IMG/VR virus record: IMGVR_UViG_3300028914_000071
Location: 13,509 to 77,508 of that record
Source of the DNA: a virus
Taxonomy: Duplodnaviria > Caudoviricetes
Length of the DNA stretch: 64,000 nt
Strand: one strand, 5' to 3'
The notes below the pieces were generated by a model. It was not told where the DNA came from, did not search any database, and was given only the letters and a program-made list of their open reading frames with translations. Position numbers and translations under genes: made by a program. Positions 29,038 to 37,878 of the stretch are shown here, one piece after another; the first letter of the stretch is position 1; each line of letters begins with the position of its first letter.

Positions 29038-29464
29038 TTTCTACCACCGTTATCCTTTCTTCAATTGGGTTTACCACTAATGTTATTATTTCTGCCGTAC
29101 CATCATTCATTCTGACAAGTAAATCGACATTTGACATTTCTGAGAACTTATTGTCATATCCCATAAGTTCCCACTCCATAACATTGTCGAGATTGTAATT
29201 TTCTTCCACGATGCTATAGATTGTATTCTCGTCAATTGTCAACTCATTACCATATGTTTCATTTTCTGCATAACGCTTGTAAATGCTAAAAGCATCTACT
29301 GCATTTAATACACCATCACCATTGAAATCCAAGTGCTGGTAGTATTCTCCATTAACTGTGGCATCTGCCACTACACTGGCAATTTCTGGTGAGAACCATG
29401 AATTGTAATTATCTGCCGGCATAGTTAGTTGTAATGTTAATAACAAAAATATGTTTGATACCAT
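29021..29464 (-). CDS. probable exported protein with a dockerin/EF-hand-like repeat
   Basis: AGGAGG RBS favours MVSNIFLLLTL; LDFNGDGVLNAVDAFSIYK matches the DxNxDGxxNxxDA pattern. Confidence 0.65.
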   Translation of the reverse strand: MVSNIFLLLTLQLTMPADNYNSWFSPEIASVVADATVNGEYYQHLDFNGDGVLNAVDAFSIYKRYAENETYGNELTIDENTIYSIVEENYNLDNVMEWELMGYDNKFSEMSNVDLLVRMNDGTAEIITLVVNPIEERITVVENGRDY

Positions 29465-29630
29465 ATTAGTAACCTCCTTTACTATATTTATTATACCATA
29501 GTTTTGCGGCAATGTCAACACCTTTTTAAAAATTTTTATTTGGTAGTTTATGGAAAATCGCCCGGGCGAATTGGTAAAAAATGGTAATTATGGTATAAAA
29601 TAATGAGCGGCTCGAAAGCCGCCCAAAATT

Positions 29631-29876
29631 TTACTTTTTGTGTGTTACCGTAAGTTCAACGTCTACAAGAATACATTCTGTATCACTCGGAAAACATTCA
29701 ATTATACCGTCATTTAAACAGACGGCGTTATTATCATCATAAACATTAACATTCGTCCTTATAAAAATGGCGTCCTCATTGTCAAAGCGGCTGTCAACCA
29801 CCTTAAAACACTCACCCGCTTCAATGTCAACGAATTCAACAACATCCGGTCTTCTTGTTTTATCAATTATTTTCAT
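29631..29876 (-). CDS. small beta-rich protein (paralog of 28816-29037)
   Basis: See paralog. Confidence 0.7.
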   Translation of the reverse strand: MKIIDKTRRPDVVEFVDIEAGECFKVVDSRFDNEDAIFIRTNVNVYDDNNAVCLNDGIIECFPSDTECILVDVELTVTHKK

Positions 29877-29891
29877 GTTAAATACCTCTCT

Positions 29892-30080
29892 TTACTTATT
29901 TAATACTTCTTCTGCGTATTCCATTTCCTGACAGAAAATGCCGTATTCTGTTTCAAAATTATAATCCCACTTTACGTTAGCATCGAGTAAATCATCCTTG
30001 TGACAACCGAATAATCTAACACATTCTTCCTCACTCAGGTTTTCACCGAGTAAAACCATAAATTCCTCTCTTGTTGGCAT
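29892..30080 (-). CDS. small acidic protein
   Basis: AAAGGA RBS after the promoter. Confidence 0.6.
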   Translation of the reverse strand: MPTREEFMVLLGENLSEEECVRLFGCHKDDLLDANVKWDYNFETEYGIFCQEMEYAEEVLNK

Positions 30081-30436
30081 AATAAACCATTCCTTTCTAC
30101 TATCGGGTTGTTTCTTTCCCCTTACCCTGTAATTATATTATACCATACTGACGGGTATTTGTCAACACTTTTTTAAAAATTTTTTATGGTAGGGTTGGAA
30201 ATAGTTGGAAAATCGCCCGGGCAATTTGGTAAAACTTTCCAATTTTGCGGCAAAGAAAAAGGCTGGACTTTCGCCCAACCTTTTCCATTATAGAAACAAC
30301 CTTGGAGGTGTGAAAATATCAATTAACCAAACAGAATGTTAACTACTAAGATAATTAATCCTGTAAGTCCGGCACTCTGAGCAAATGCCTTTACGTCAAC
30401 AAAACTTCTATAATTCTTCATTTCTAAAACTCCTTA

Positions 30437-30682
30437 TTACTTTAATTTAAACTGTGTAGTAAAAACTTCTCCGCACTCGTTACATCTATATAACATAGTG
30501 CTGTCACCTCTAACCTCTATACATTTCCAATTGCCGCCACAACCTGTACAAATACCGTGGTTATATTTGGCAGTATCTTCCTTGTACTGACTATAATCAC
30601 CTACGAGAATTGCGGCAAGTACGCCAACAATTGCCAGTGATACTATTACCTCAATTACTGTTACACCCTTAAAATTTTTCAT
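30437..30682 (-). CDS. prepilin-type N-terminal motif protein with C-terminal zinc ribbon
   Basis: MKNFKG/VTVIEVIVSLAIVGVLAAILV (type III signal with E5); CTGC..CNEC. Confidence 0.75.
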   Translation of the reverse strand: MKNFKGVTVIEVIVSLAIVGVLAAILVGDYSQYKEDTAKYNHGICTGCGGNWKCIEVRGDSTMLYRCNECGEVFTTQFKLK

Positions 30683-30890
30683 AAAATCAAGTCCTTTCTA
30701 ATTGGTTGTTTCCCTTACCCTGTAATTATATTATACCATATAGGCGGTCATTTGTCAAGCACTTTTTAAAAAAATTTTTTATGGATTTTATTGGAAAAAT
30801 GCCCGGGCGATTTTCCATAATTTACCATTTATACCACAAAAAAAGTGGCGGTACGAATACCGCCAAAGTTCTACCATATTTTTCTATTTA

Positions 30891-31178
30891 TCAGTCCATT
30901 ATCCCTGCAACATTTGGTGTGTTTATTGCCTGATTTATCAGTGTAGCAGTACAAAGTAAAAGTTTTAACGAAAAATGTATTGCTTCACGAGTATCTGTCG
31001 TAACTGCTGACTTTTCGCCGTCAGTAATTTTAATCGTTACTTCATTTGTCTTATCGTTCCAATCCACGATGTCAATAGTACCGTGGTTAATTCCTGTTAA
31101 ATTATTATACTTTTTAACTGTTTCACAAATTTGCCTTGTGATTGGTCTTGTAAAGTCTACTTTTGTTACATCAAACAT
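30891..31178 (-). CDS. hypothetical protein
   Basis: GGAGG RBS. Confidence 0.6.
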   Translation of the reverse strand: MFDVTKVDFTRPITRQICETVKKYNNLTGINHGTIDIVDWNDKTNEVTIKITDGEKSAVTTDTREAIHFSLKLLLCTATLINQAINTPNVAGIMD

Positions 31179-31320
31179 TGTCAATTACCTCCATAAATAC
31201 CTTAAATGCATTAAAACTTAAATACTCTTGATTTGTTAAGTTGTGTGTAATTACGTCAAAGAAACTAACTATAATCCACACTATGAATAATGCCGCAATG
31301 AAACCGAGTAACTTTTTCAT
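31171..31320 (-). CDS. small membrane protein (49 aa)
   Basis: MKKLLGFIAALFIVWIIVSFFDV; GGAGGTG RBS. Confidence 0.55.
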   Translation of the reverse strand: MKKLLGFIAALFIVWIIVSFFDVITHNLTNQEYLSFNAFKVFMEVIDNV

Positions 31321-31594
31321 TGCTATCACCTCCGTTTCTATATATATTATAGCATACTATAGCTCATTTGTCAAGCGTTTTTGAAAAAATTTTTGCGGCA
31401 AACGTAGCTCCCTAGTCGTTCCATATTTACCATATTTTTCCGCCTGGACAATTTTGTAATATCTGGAAAACTGCCATACTATTTGGAAGAAACTGGAAAA
31501 TTGCCCGGGCACTTTTCCAAAAAATGGAAATTATGGGACAAACGGAAAACCGCCCACAATTGTGGACGGTCTTCCAAAATGAGGTATATATGGA

Positions 31595-31891
31595 TTATTT
31601 GATAATTTCATAAATTTTATTGTCAACCTGATAAAGTGTACCATCAATGGTACGATATACCACTGGATTATCCTCGTCATCAGTGTTATAGAATGAGCAA
31701 TCAGACTTGATGCCGCAAGCACTGAGGAGCATGAAAAACGTATGATATGAACATTTATAACCACTATCAAGGCAAAGCCACAGATAGAATGGAACGCCAG
31801 CCTTGATAAATCCCATAATTGTTTCCCAGTTTTTGCGAGTAAGAATAAGGTTGATAAGTTCACCGTTGAGTGTGTTGATAAAAGTAATCAT
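31595..31891 (-). CDS. hypothetical protein
   Basis: AGGAGG RBS; single-gene cassette. Confidence 0.65.
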   Translation of the reverse strand: MITFINTLNGELINLILTRKNWETIMGFIKAGVPFYLWLCLDSGYKCSYHTFFMLLSACGIKSDCSFYNTDDEDNPVVYRTIDGTLYQVDNKIYEIIK

Positions 31892-32271
31892 AATAAAATT
31901 CCTCCTAATAAATGGTTGTTGTTTCTTCTTAGTGGTCTTATCTCTTCCACTGTTATTATTATACCATAGTTCAATTCATTTGTCAACGCTTTTAGCTCAC
32001 AAAAAATATGTGTTGAATTTGTGCAGGATGCACAGCTCCTTAGTCGTTCCATATTTACCAGCTTATCCCAGCTCCTTTATTGTTATATATTGGAAAAATG
32101 CCGTGCAAGCTGGTAAAAACTGGAAAATTGCCCGGGCCTCTTACTACAATATACCAATGGCATAAACTGGAAAAATGCCCGGGCATTTTTCCAAAATCTT
32201 CCATTTTTGGGGCGTGCGGAAGGGCTTCCACCTTTTGGCAGAAGCCCCTCTTTTATGGGAGAGATGGGAGA

Positions 32272-32703
32272 TTATTCCCACTCTCCTAATTCGTTACACT
32301 TTTTCCATGATTCGTAATCGGAGTAAAAATGTTCCATTTTCTTGTATCGTTCTACAATTCTGTCACATTCTGTCTTAACTTCCTCGAAATTACCAATCAC
32401 ATTAAAAATTGGATTAACTTCAACTAAATTGTACTTATACCAACATTCACTCCATATTCCAGTAATTGGGTGATAACCCATTTCTTCGGAAACCCTTGAC
32501 AATTTTGTCTCAATTCTGCTATTAACTGCCATGTCTACCGGAACTTCCTCAATTTCCAGATAGAAGCCGTCCATGGTGGCTGTGGTAATCATGTCACGGA
32601 TAACCTCATCCGGCGTATCCTGACTGATTTCCCATCTCTTACCAACCTGAGTTTCCATTTTCTTCGCACCAATAACTGCTAATAAAACTACCATTTTCTG
32701 CAT
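32272..32703 (-). CDS. hypothetical (paralog of 33689-34123)
   Basis: ETQ..WEI..TP..I.DMI..A..G..L..EE.P.D..G..P.TG.WSECWY shared. Confidence 0.8.
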   Translation of the reverse strand: MQKMVVLLAVIGAKKMETQVGKRWEISQDTPDEVIRDMITTATMDGFYLEIEEVPVDMAVNSRIETKLSRVSEEMGYHPITGIWSECWYKYNLVEVNPIFNVIGNFEEVKTECDRIVERYKKMEHFYSDYESWKKCNELGEWE

Positions 32704-32856
32704 AATAATTACCTCCATAGATATACCATTTGTTTCCTGTGAGGGTTCTTATCTCCCTCAACCTTATGTATACATTATACTGCTGCAATGTGATAGAATT
32801 ATGATAGTTTGGTGAAAACTGTGTGAAAACATATTTTACCATTATCAAATCTTGCG

Positions 32857-32966
32857 GTTAAATATTGTTACATTTTGCGCCGTCATATTGACGTTAAATA
32901 TTGTTACATTTTGCGCCGTCATATTGACGTTAAATATTGTTACATAATATCATCGTCATTTTGACG
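32857..32966. repeat. 36-bp tandem repeat, two exact copies plus one degenerate
   Basis: GTTAAATATTGTTACATTTTGCGCCGTCATATTGAC at 32857 and 32893, degenerate at 32929. Confidence 0.9.
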
Positions 32967-33106
32967 AAACATTTACTACCATGATTACCAAAATATGGAA
33001 AACTGCCCGGGCATTTTGGTATAATATGGTAATAATGGGGTATAAAGTAAGGGCGACCGAAATCGCCCAAACTTAGGAAACAACCTATCAAATTAACTAC
33101 ACTTTA

Positions 33107-33316
33107 TCAAACATGGAGGAATTTGTAAAGTGTATCCAAAATGTCGTTTATTTCTCTTTTGTTGACAAACGGGGAAATAGTTTCCAGACCACCCTGTTCA
33201 CAAACACGGCAAAGTCTGACACTACCGTTGGCATATTCTAACTTATAATTTTTGCCAGTTTTTCTGGAAATGTTTGCCACCTTAACATCTAATATCATTT
33301 TTGTTACTCTTGCCAT
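33107..33316 (-). CDS. hypothetical protein
   Basis: AAAGAGG RBS; single-gene cassette. Confidence 0.65.
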   Translation of the reverse strand: MARVTKMILDVKVANISRKTGKNYKLEYANGSVRLCRVCEQGGLETISPFVNKREINDILDTLYKFLHV

Positions 33317-33688
33317 AATATACCTCTTTCCGAGCGTTACGCTCTTTGTTTCTATGATTATATTATACCACGGATTGCGGCGAAAGTCAAGTAAAAAAAT
33401 CAGTGTTGAATTTGTGCATATTGCACAGCTCCCTAATCATCCATTTTTACCATAATTTACCATCCAGTCGTAGCTCCTTTTCCTTCCATATTTACCATAT
33501 TTTACCACCAAAATATTTTTAACATATATTGGAAAACTGCCATACAAGTTGGTATAATATGGAAATTTGCCCGGGCATTTTTCCAGTATTTACCATTTCG
33601 ATGGCGCATGGGATTATATGGTAACTGAGTGAAATTTTAGTGGAACTCCCACCTTTTGGTAGGAGCCCCACATTTTGGGGAATTTGGA

Positions 33689-34123
33689 TTATTCTTCCTC
33701 TTCACCCTCTCTATGGATTTTCTTCCATGATTCGTAAGTATGGTATTCATTTTCCATTTCTTTGATTAAATCGGTAAGTCTGTCAATTTCTGACTGTACA
33801 TCCGACACATCACCAATCAGACCAAGTTTTTCATCAACTACCACAAGATTGTTTTCATACCAACATTCGCTCCACATACCAGTTACTGGGCGGAAACCCA
33901 TTTCTGTGGCAACTGCTGACATTAAATCTATAATGCGGTAACCAATGGTAAAGTCGCAAGGAATTTCCTCAACATCCAGAAAATAACCAGCCTGGGCAGC
34001 ACTGGAAATCATGTCCTTAATATCCTTAATTGGAGTTTCAAGGGTGATTTCCCAAGTATTGACAGCCTGAGTTTCCTGTCCCTTTGCGCAAAGAATAGCC
34101 AGTGTGATTACAAATTTTTCCAT
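33689..34123 (-). CDS. hypothetical (paralog of 32272-32703)
   Basis: See paralog. Confidence 0.8.
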   Translation of the reverse strand: MEKFVITLAILCAKGQETQAVNTWEITLETPIKDIKDMISSAAQAGYFLDVEEIPCDFTIGYRIIDLMSAVATEMGFRPVTGMWSECWYENNLVVVDEKLGLIGDVSDVQSEIDRLTDLIKEMENEYHTYESWKKIHREGEEEE

Positions 34124-34668
34124 AATAATGTCCTCCTAAAAATTGGGTTTGGGTTGTTTCTTCTTAGTGGTCTTATCTCTTCCACTGTTATTATTATACC
34201 ATATCCCGCCGCAGATGTCAAGTAAAAAAAACAGTGTTGAAACTGTGCAATATGCACAAAGTCAGGAAATCACAGTTCTCTCATATTTTTCCATGTTGTG
34301 GTTTTACAGTTTTCCCAGCTTCTCCCATTGTAAAATTTCCCCTATTTCTGACATAAAAACCCAGCTCCATCTTCTTCCTTTTTTAACAAATTTTACCATC
34401 GGAACGTAGCTCCCTGTTCGTTCCATATATACCAAAATTTTCCACCGAAAGACATTTGTTATATTATGACATATATTATACGATTTGTCAGACCTGTAAA
34501 AATCTGGAAAATCGCCCGGGCATTTTTCCATATATTTCCAAATTGCCCGTGCATTTTACCATATTTTTCCATGGAAAATTTTTCCTCGCTCGGCAATTTG
34601 TTATATTTTACCAATTCTATAATACCAGAAAATGGAAGCCTTGCTTTTGACAAGACTTCCAAATTTTA

Positions 34669-34875
34669 TCAATAATCGTAATCACTGGAATAAATGTCCC
34701 ATCTTGGTTCAATTTCCATTAATCTGGTAGTTACGGTATAATCTGACTCATCTTGTATTTTTCCTCTTTTTCTGTAAAGATTTAACAGTGGTTCCACATC
34801 TTCCTCATAATAGCAACGAATTGGAAACCATTCCCCTTTAATTCTAATTTCCCAAACTCTTGACATATATACCAT
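34669..34875 (-). CDS. hypothetical protein
   Basis: AAAGGA RBS. Confidence 0.55.
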   Translation of the reverse strand: MVYMSRVWEIRIKGEWFPIRCYYEEDVEPLLNLYRKRGKIQDESDYTVTTRLMEIEPRWDIYSSDYDY

Positions 34876-34933
34876 TCCTTTCTAATTTATGGGCGGAACT
34901 CCCATTTCTGAGAGTTCCCTTCCCAATTACCAC

Positions 34934-35314
34934 TTATTCCATGTAATCCAATTTCTCCCAAAGTTCCTCGGTTTCCCTTGCCATTCTCTTTAAGAAATGG
35001 CGAAGACCGTCAATTTCCCAAATCATTCCAAGGGAATCGTTGGTAACTATAACATCCCACATTTTCCATTCTTCAGGAGCATGAACGATAAAATCCATTT
35101 TCTGTGCAACCTTAACAAAGTTGGCAAGACCTTCCTCGTCCATTTCCACAATCTGGAAGCTGCGGTCATTTGCCGTTTTAATGGCATCTTCTACCACTTC
35201 CTGAGAAGTAGTGCCTGAAATGGCAAACTCTGCCACCTTGCCGTATTCGTCGTAGTCGTAGTTTCCATCTCTGTCAAAAACTTCCTTGTCTGCGTAAACC
35301 TTAAATCTGAACAT
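34934..35314 (-). CDS. hypothetical acidic protein
   Basis: AGGAGG RBS. Confidence 0.7.
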   Translation of the reverse strand: MFRFKVYADKEVFDRDGNYDYDEYGKVAEFAISGTTSQEVVEDAIKTANDRSFQIVEMDEEGLANFVKVAQKMDFIVHAPEEWKMWDVIVTNDSLGMIWEIDGLRHFLKRMARETEELWEKLDYME

Positions 35315-35496
35315 AATTATAGACCTCCTATTGGTAGTTGTTTCCTTGAGGAGTTTACCTCCTCCTTACATTATCTATTATACACCATTACAAGGGATTT
35401 GTCAACACTTTTACCTACCAAAGATTACGGGTATATTTTGTTTAAAATGCACAAAGAGTTTTCAACACAAGTTATTATCATTTTTACAAAAATTTT

Positions 35497-35646
35497 CCTT
35501 ACCATTTTTCTTACATTTATTGTATAAATTTCCCTTACCATTTTTCTTACATTTATTGTATAAATTTTCCACGGTACTGTTTTTACTTTTATGTAAAATT
35601 TTTCCACGGTACTTTATTTTACATTTTTGTCAAAAGTTTCCACGGT
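35497..35646. repeat. degenerate repeats with about 36-bp period
   Basis: CCTTACCATTTTTCTTACATTTATTGTATAAATTT twice, then TTCCACGGT at 35567, 35602, 35638. Confidence 0.75.
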
Positions 35647-35959
35647 GACTGCCATTGGCAACGGATTAACATTTTTACCAAAATCTGGAAAATCGCCCGG
35701 GCAACTTTCCATATATTACCAAAAGATTTATTTTACCATTTCGCGGCAAGATTGTAAAAATTTTACAAATAAACATTTTTCTCCATTATTATTTAATTAT
35801 AATAATTATAACATAATCTTTTATAATTGTAAATATCTTCATTTTAATACCATAAAATGTTTTCACATAACTTTCACAAAACTATCACATTTCTATCACA
35901 TAAGAATAGTATAATAAAGACAATGAAAACAACAACCCACTCGGGCAATTTGGAAAGGA

Positions 35960-36430
35960 ATGGTATTTATGAATATCTACAAAGAAATGGAAAAAAATGA
36001 GTATCTGGCAAGATATAGAAAACTTGTCTATACTAAGCATCAAATCTATGGTTTTCCTTTTGAGGGAAATATTTACACCTATTTTACTGAAGATGAATAT
36101 TTTGACTACTATCTTAACACAAACTCCGAAACTAAAACAAAAACTCTTGACTGGCGACCAACTAAGAAGTCAATCAACAGAATGTTAGAAAAAGCGACAA
36201 TTCTTTGTACTGAAGAAGAATTTAAAGCAAAATATTGCTATAGTAACAACGGAAGAACATTAGAACGCTTACTGTATGAAAAGTTACTTAATCAGACTTA
36301 TGTTCCTGATACAATACGATTTGACCAAGGCGCAGACATTACGATAGATAATGTACCATATAGTGTAAAATATCTTCGTGGTAGACTATCTGATGAAAAA
36401 ACTATAGAAACTGCAGAAAATGACAAATAA
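35960..36430 (+). CDS. putative PD-(D/E)XK-like nuclease-fold protein (paralog of 38280-38804)
   Basis: NNGRTLERLLYE..GADI..YSVKY; own promoter and terminator (near 36439-36464). Confidence 0.65.
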   Translation: MVFMNIYKEMEKNEYLARYRKLVYTKHQIYGFPFEGNIYTYFTEDEYFDYYLNTNSETKTKTLDWRPTKKSINRMLEKATILCTEEEFKAKYCYSNNGRTLERLLYEKLLNQTYVPDTIRFDQGADITIDNVPYSVKYLRGRLSDEKTIETAENDK

Positions 36431-36519
36431 TTTAACTTCTCGTCGCCAAGAGATTGGCGGCGACCTTTTTATGTTATAACTGTTATATTATGGTAATCGC
36501 GGCGAAATTACCAAAAACC

Positions 36520-37220
36520 TTAACTATTTACTTTTTTGGAAATGTATGGTATAATAATTACAGAAAGTAAAAAATACCAAAGTAATGCTGCTGTAGGAAA
36601 ATTTTCCAAAAATAGACAGCTTACATATTTTTCCATTTTTGGAAAATTTTTCCACCATTTGCAGCTCCCATCTTCTTCCATAATTACCAAATTTTACCAG
36701 TGGAATGTAGCTCCCATCTTCTTCTATAAATGGTAAAATTTGGCAAACGCAGCTCCCATCTTCTTCCATAAATGGAAAATTTTACCACCGGAACGTAGCT
36801 CCCATCTTCTTCCATAAATGGTAAAATTTGGAAGCGCAGCTCCCATATCCTTACATATATGGAAAATTATGGCAAACGCAGCTCCTAGAACCTTCCATTT
36901 ATGGAAAATTCTGGAGGAAACTGGAAAAATCTGGAAAATCGCCCGGGCAATTTTCCAAGATTTTCCATGGTAAATACTGGAAAATTGCCCGACCCGGAAA
37001 ATTTTTCCATGGAAGAAATTGGAAAATATGTCAGAATTTTCCATGGTAAATTTTACCAAAAAATGTGAAAAATTTACAGAGCTGGAAAAATTTTCCATAA
37101 CTGTCAAAAACTGGAAAAATAATGAATAATTTTCCATTGGAAAATTTTTACAGAAAATGTCAGAATTTTCCATGGAAAAATCCGGCAGAAAATGGTAAAT
37201 TTTTCCATGGAAAAGGCTGG
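36520..37220. repeat. low-complexity tract of TTTTCCA/TGGAAAA heptamers and G(C/T)AGCTCCCATC units
   Basis: G(C/T)AGCTCC at 36661, 36707, 36749, 36795, 36836, 36878; many TTTTCCATGGAAAA palindromes. Confidence 0.9.
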
Positions 37221-37222
37221 AA

Positions 37223-37420
37223 AATTGAACTCCATAAAATTCCAATTGAACTGGAAAAAACGGAAATTGAACTTCCGGAATTACCAATTGAACTGGAAAA
37301 AACGGAAATTGAACTGGAATTTTTCGGAATTGAACTTTTACCGGAATTACCATTTTGAACTGGAAAAAACGGAAAAAGTTCAATTCATAATTTTTCCAAA
37401 TTGAACTTAAAATTGAACTC
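37223..37420. repeat. iteron-like AATTGAACT repeats with exact 21-bp period
   Basis: Starts at 37223, 37244, 37265, 37286, 37307, 37328; further degenerate and inverted copies to about 37420. Confidence 0.9.
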
Positions 37421-37671
37421 AACACTTTTGGTTCAATTTGTTGATTATTAAACACTTGTATTTTAAAGTGTCGTTTATGCAACACTTAAATGATTAAGTG
37501 TCTATTATCTATGATACAAATAAAATACAAATTATTTACACAACATAAACCGAAAAAATGTTGATTTATAATAGAATGAATAATTATGCGTAAAATGCAT
37601 ATTTATTCAATTTATCCCGTGAAAAATAATCAACACAAATCAAATAAATGTTGATGTTTTTATATATGCTT

Positions 37672-37775
37672 TTAAAACGTTCTGTAATGCGTTTTAAGGC
37701 GTGTGTATTTTTACCCTATAGTTTATACTACTAACATATCAGACGGCGCTTAAAACGCATTACAGAACGTTTTAA
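37672..37775. repeat. perfect 27-bp inverted repeat with 50-nt spacer
   Basis: TTAAAACGTTCTGTAATGCGTTTTAAG (37672-37698) and its reverse complement (37749-37775). Confidence 0.95.
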
Positions 37776-37828
37776 GGGCATTTAAAAACGGATTTAAAAA
37801 TATATCAGTAATCAGAAAAAGATAAATA

Positions 37829-37878
37829 AAAAATCCGTTTTGATTTTTCGGTATTAAACCAAATCAAAACGGATTTTT
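37829..37878. terminator. 18-bp inverted repeat, probable terminator of the - strand genes
   Basis: AAAAATCCGTTTTGATTT/AAATCAAAACGGATTTTT just past the stop of 37898-38185. Confidence 0.7.

Larger units (their letters stand above)
13632..34920 (-). terminator. GC-rich terminator hairpins closing most cassettes
   Basis: Identical GCCGCCCATTTCTGAGCGGC at 21565, 22712, 25984, 27304; variants such as CCGCCCCAAAGGGCGG (near 14633, 19800) and CCGCCCTTTCGGGCGG (near 16816); the A run on + is the U tail on -. Confidence 0.85.
14515..35410 (-). promoter_or_regulatory. about 27 near-consensus sigmaA promoters, one per cassette
   Basis: Minus-strand TTGACA-17 nt-TGnTATAAT (on + strand ATTATA..TGTCAA), e.g. 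14515-14543, near 19000, 23530, 28010, 29490; each followed by a conserved leader ending AAAACCGGAAAGGA or GAAACAACC..AAAGGA. Confidence 0.88.
13583..36957. repeat. 29 dispersed copies of the dyad TGG(A/T/C)AAAnn-GCCCGGGC-nnTTT(T/G/A)CCA at cassette boundaries
   Basis: GCCCGGGC cores at 13587, 14586, 15662, 16770, 18122, 19068, 19754, 20772, 21519, 22667, 23596, 24199, 25098, 25939, 26715, 27258, 28095, 28743, 29560, 30215, 30801, 31503, 32130, 32177, 33005, 33569, 34514, 35695, 36941; none seen by eye elsewhere in the window. Confidence 0.95.

Noticed and set aside
32857-32966. 36-bp repeat as a mini-CRISPR
   Set aside because: Copies are directly adjacent with no spacers.
13583-36957. GCCCGGGC repeats as a CRISPR array
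   Set aside because: The intervening segments are 0.5-1.4 kb gene cassettes, the repeats are degenerate, and no cas genes are present.
36524-37485. ORFs in the heptamer and iteron tract
   Set aside because: They are translations of tandem repeats (MENF, IELE, FPVQL) in several frames and on both strands.
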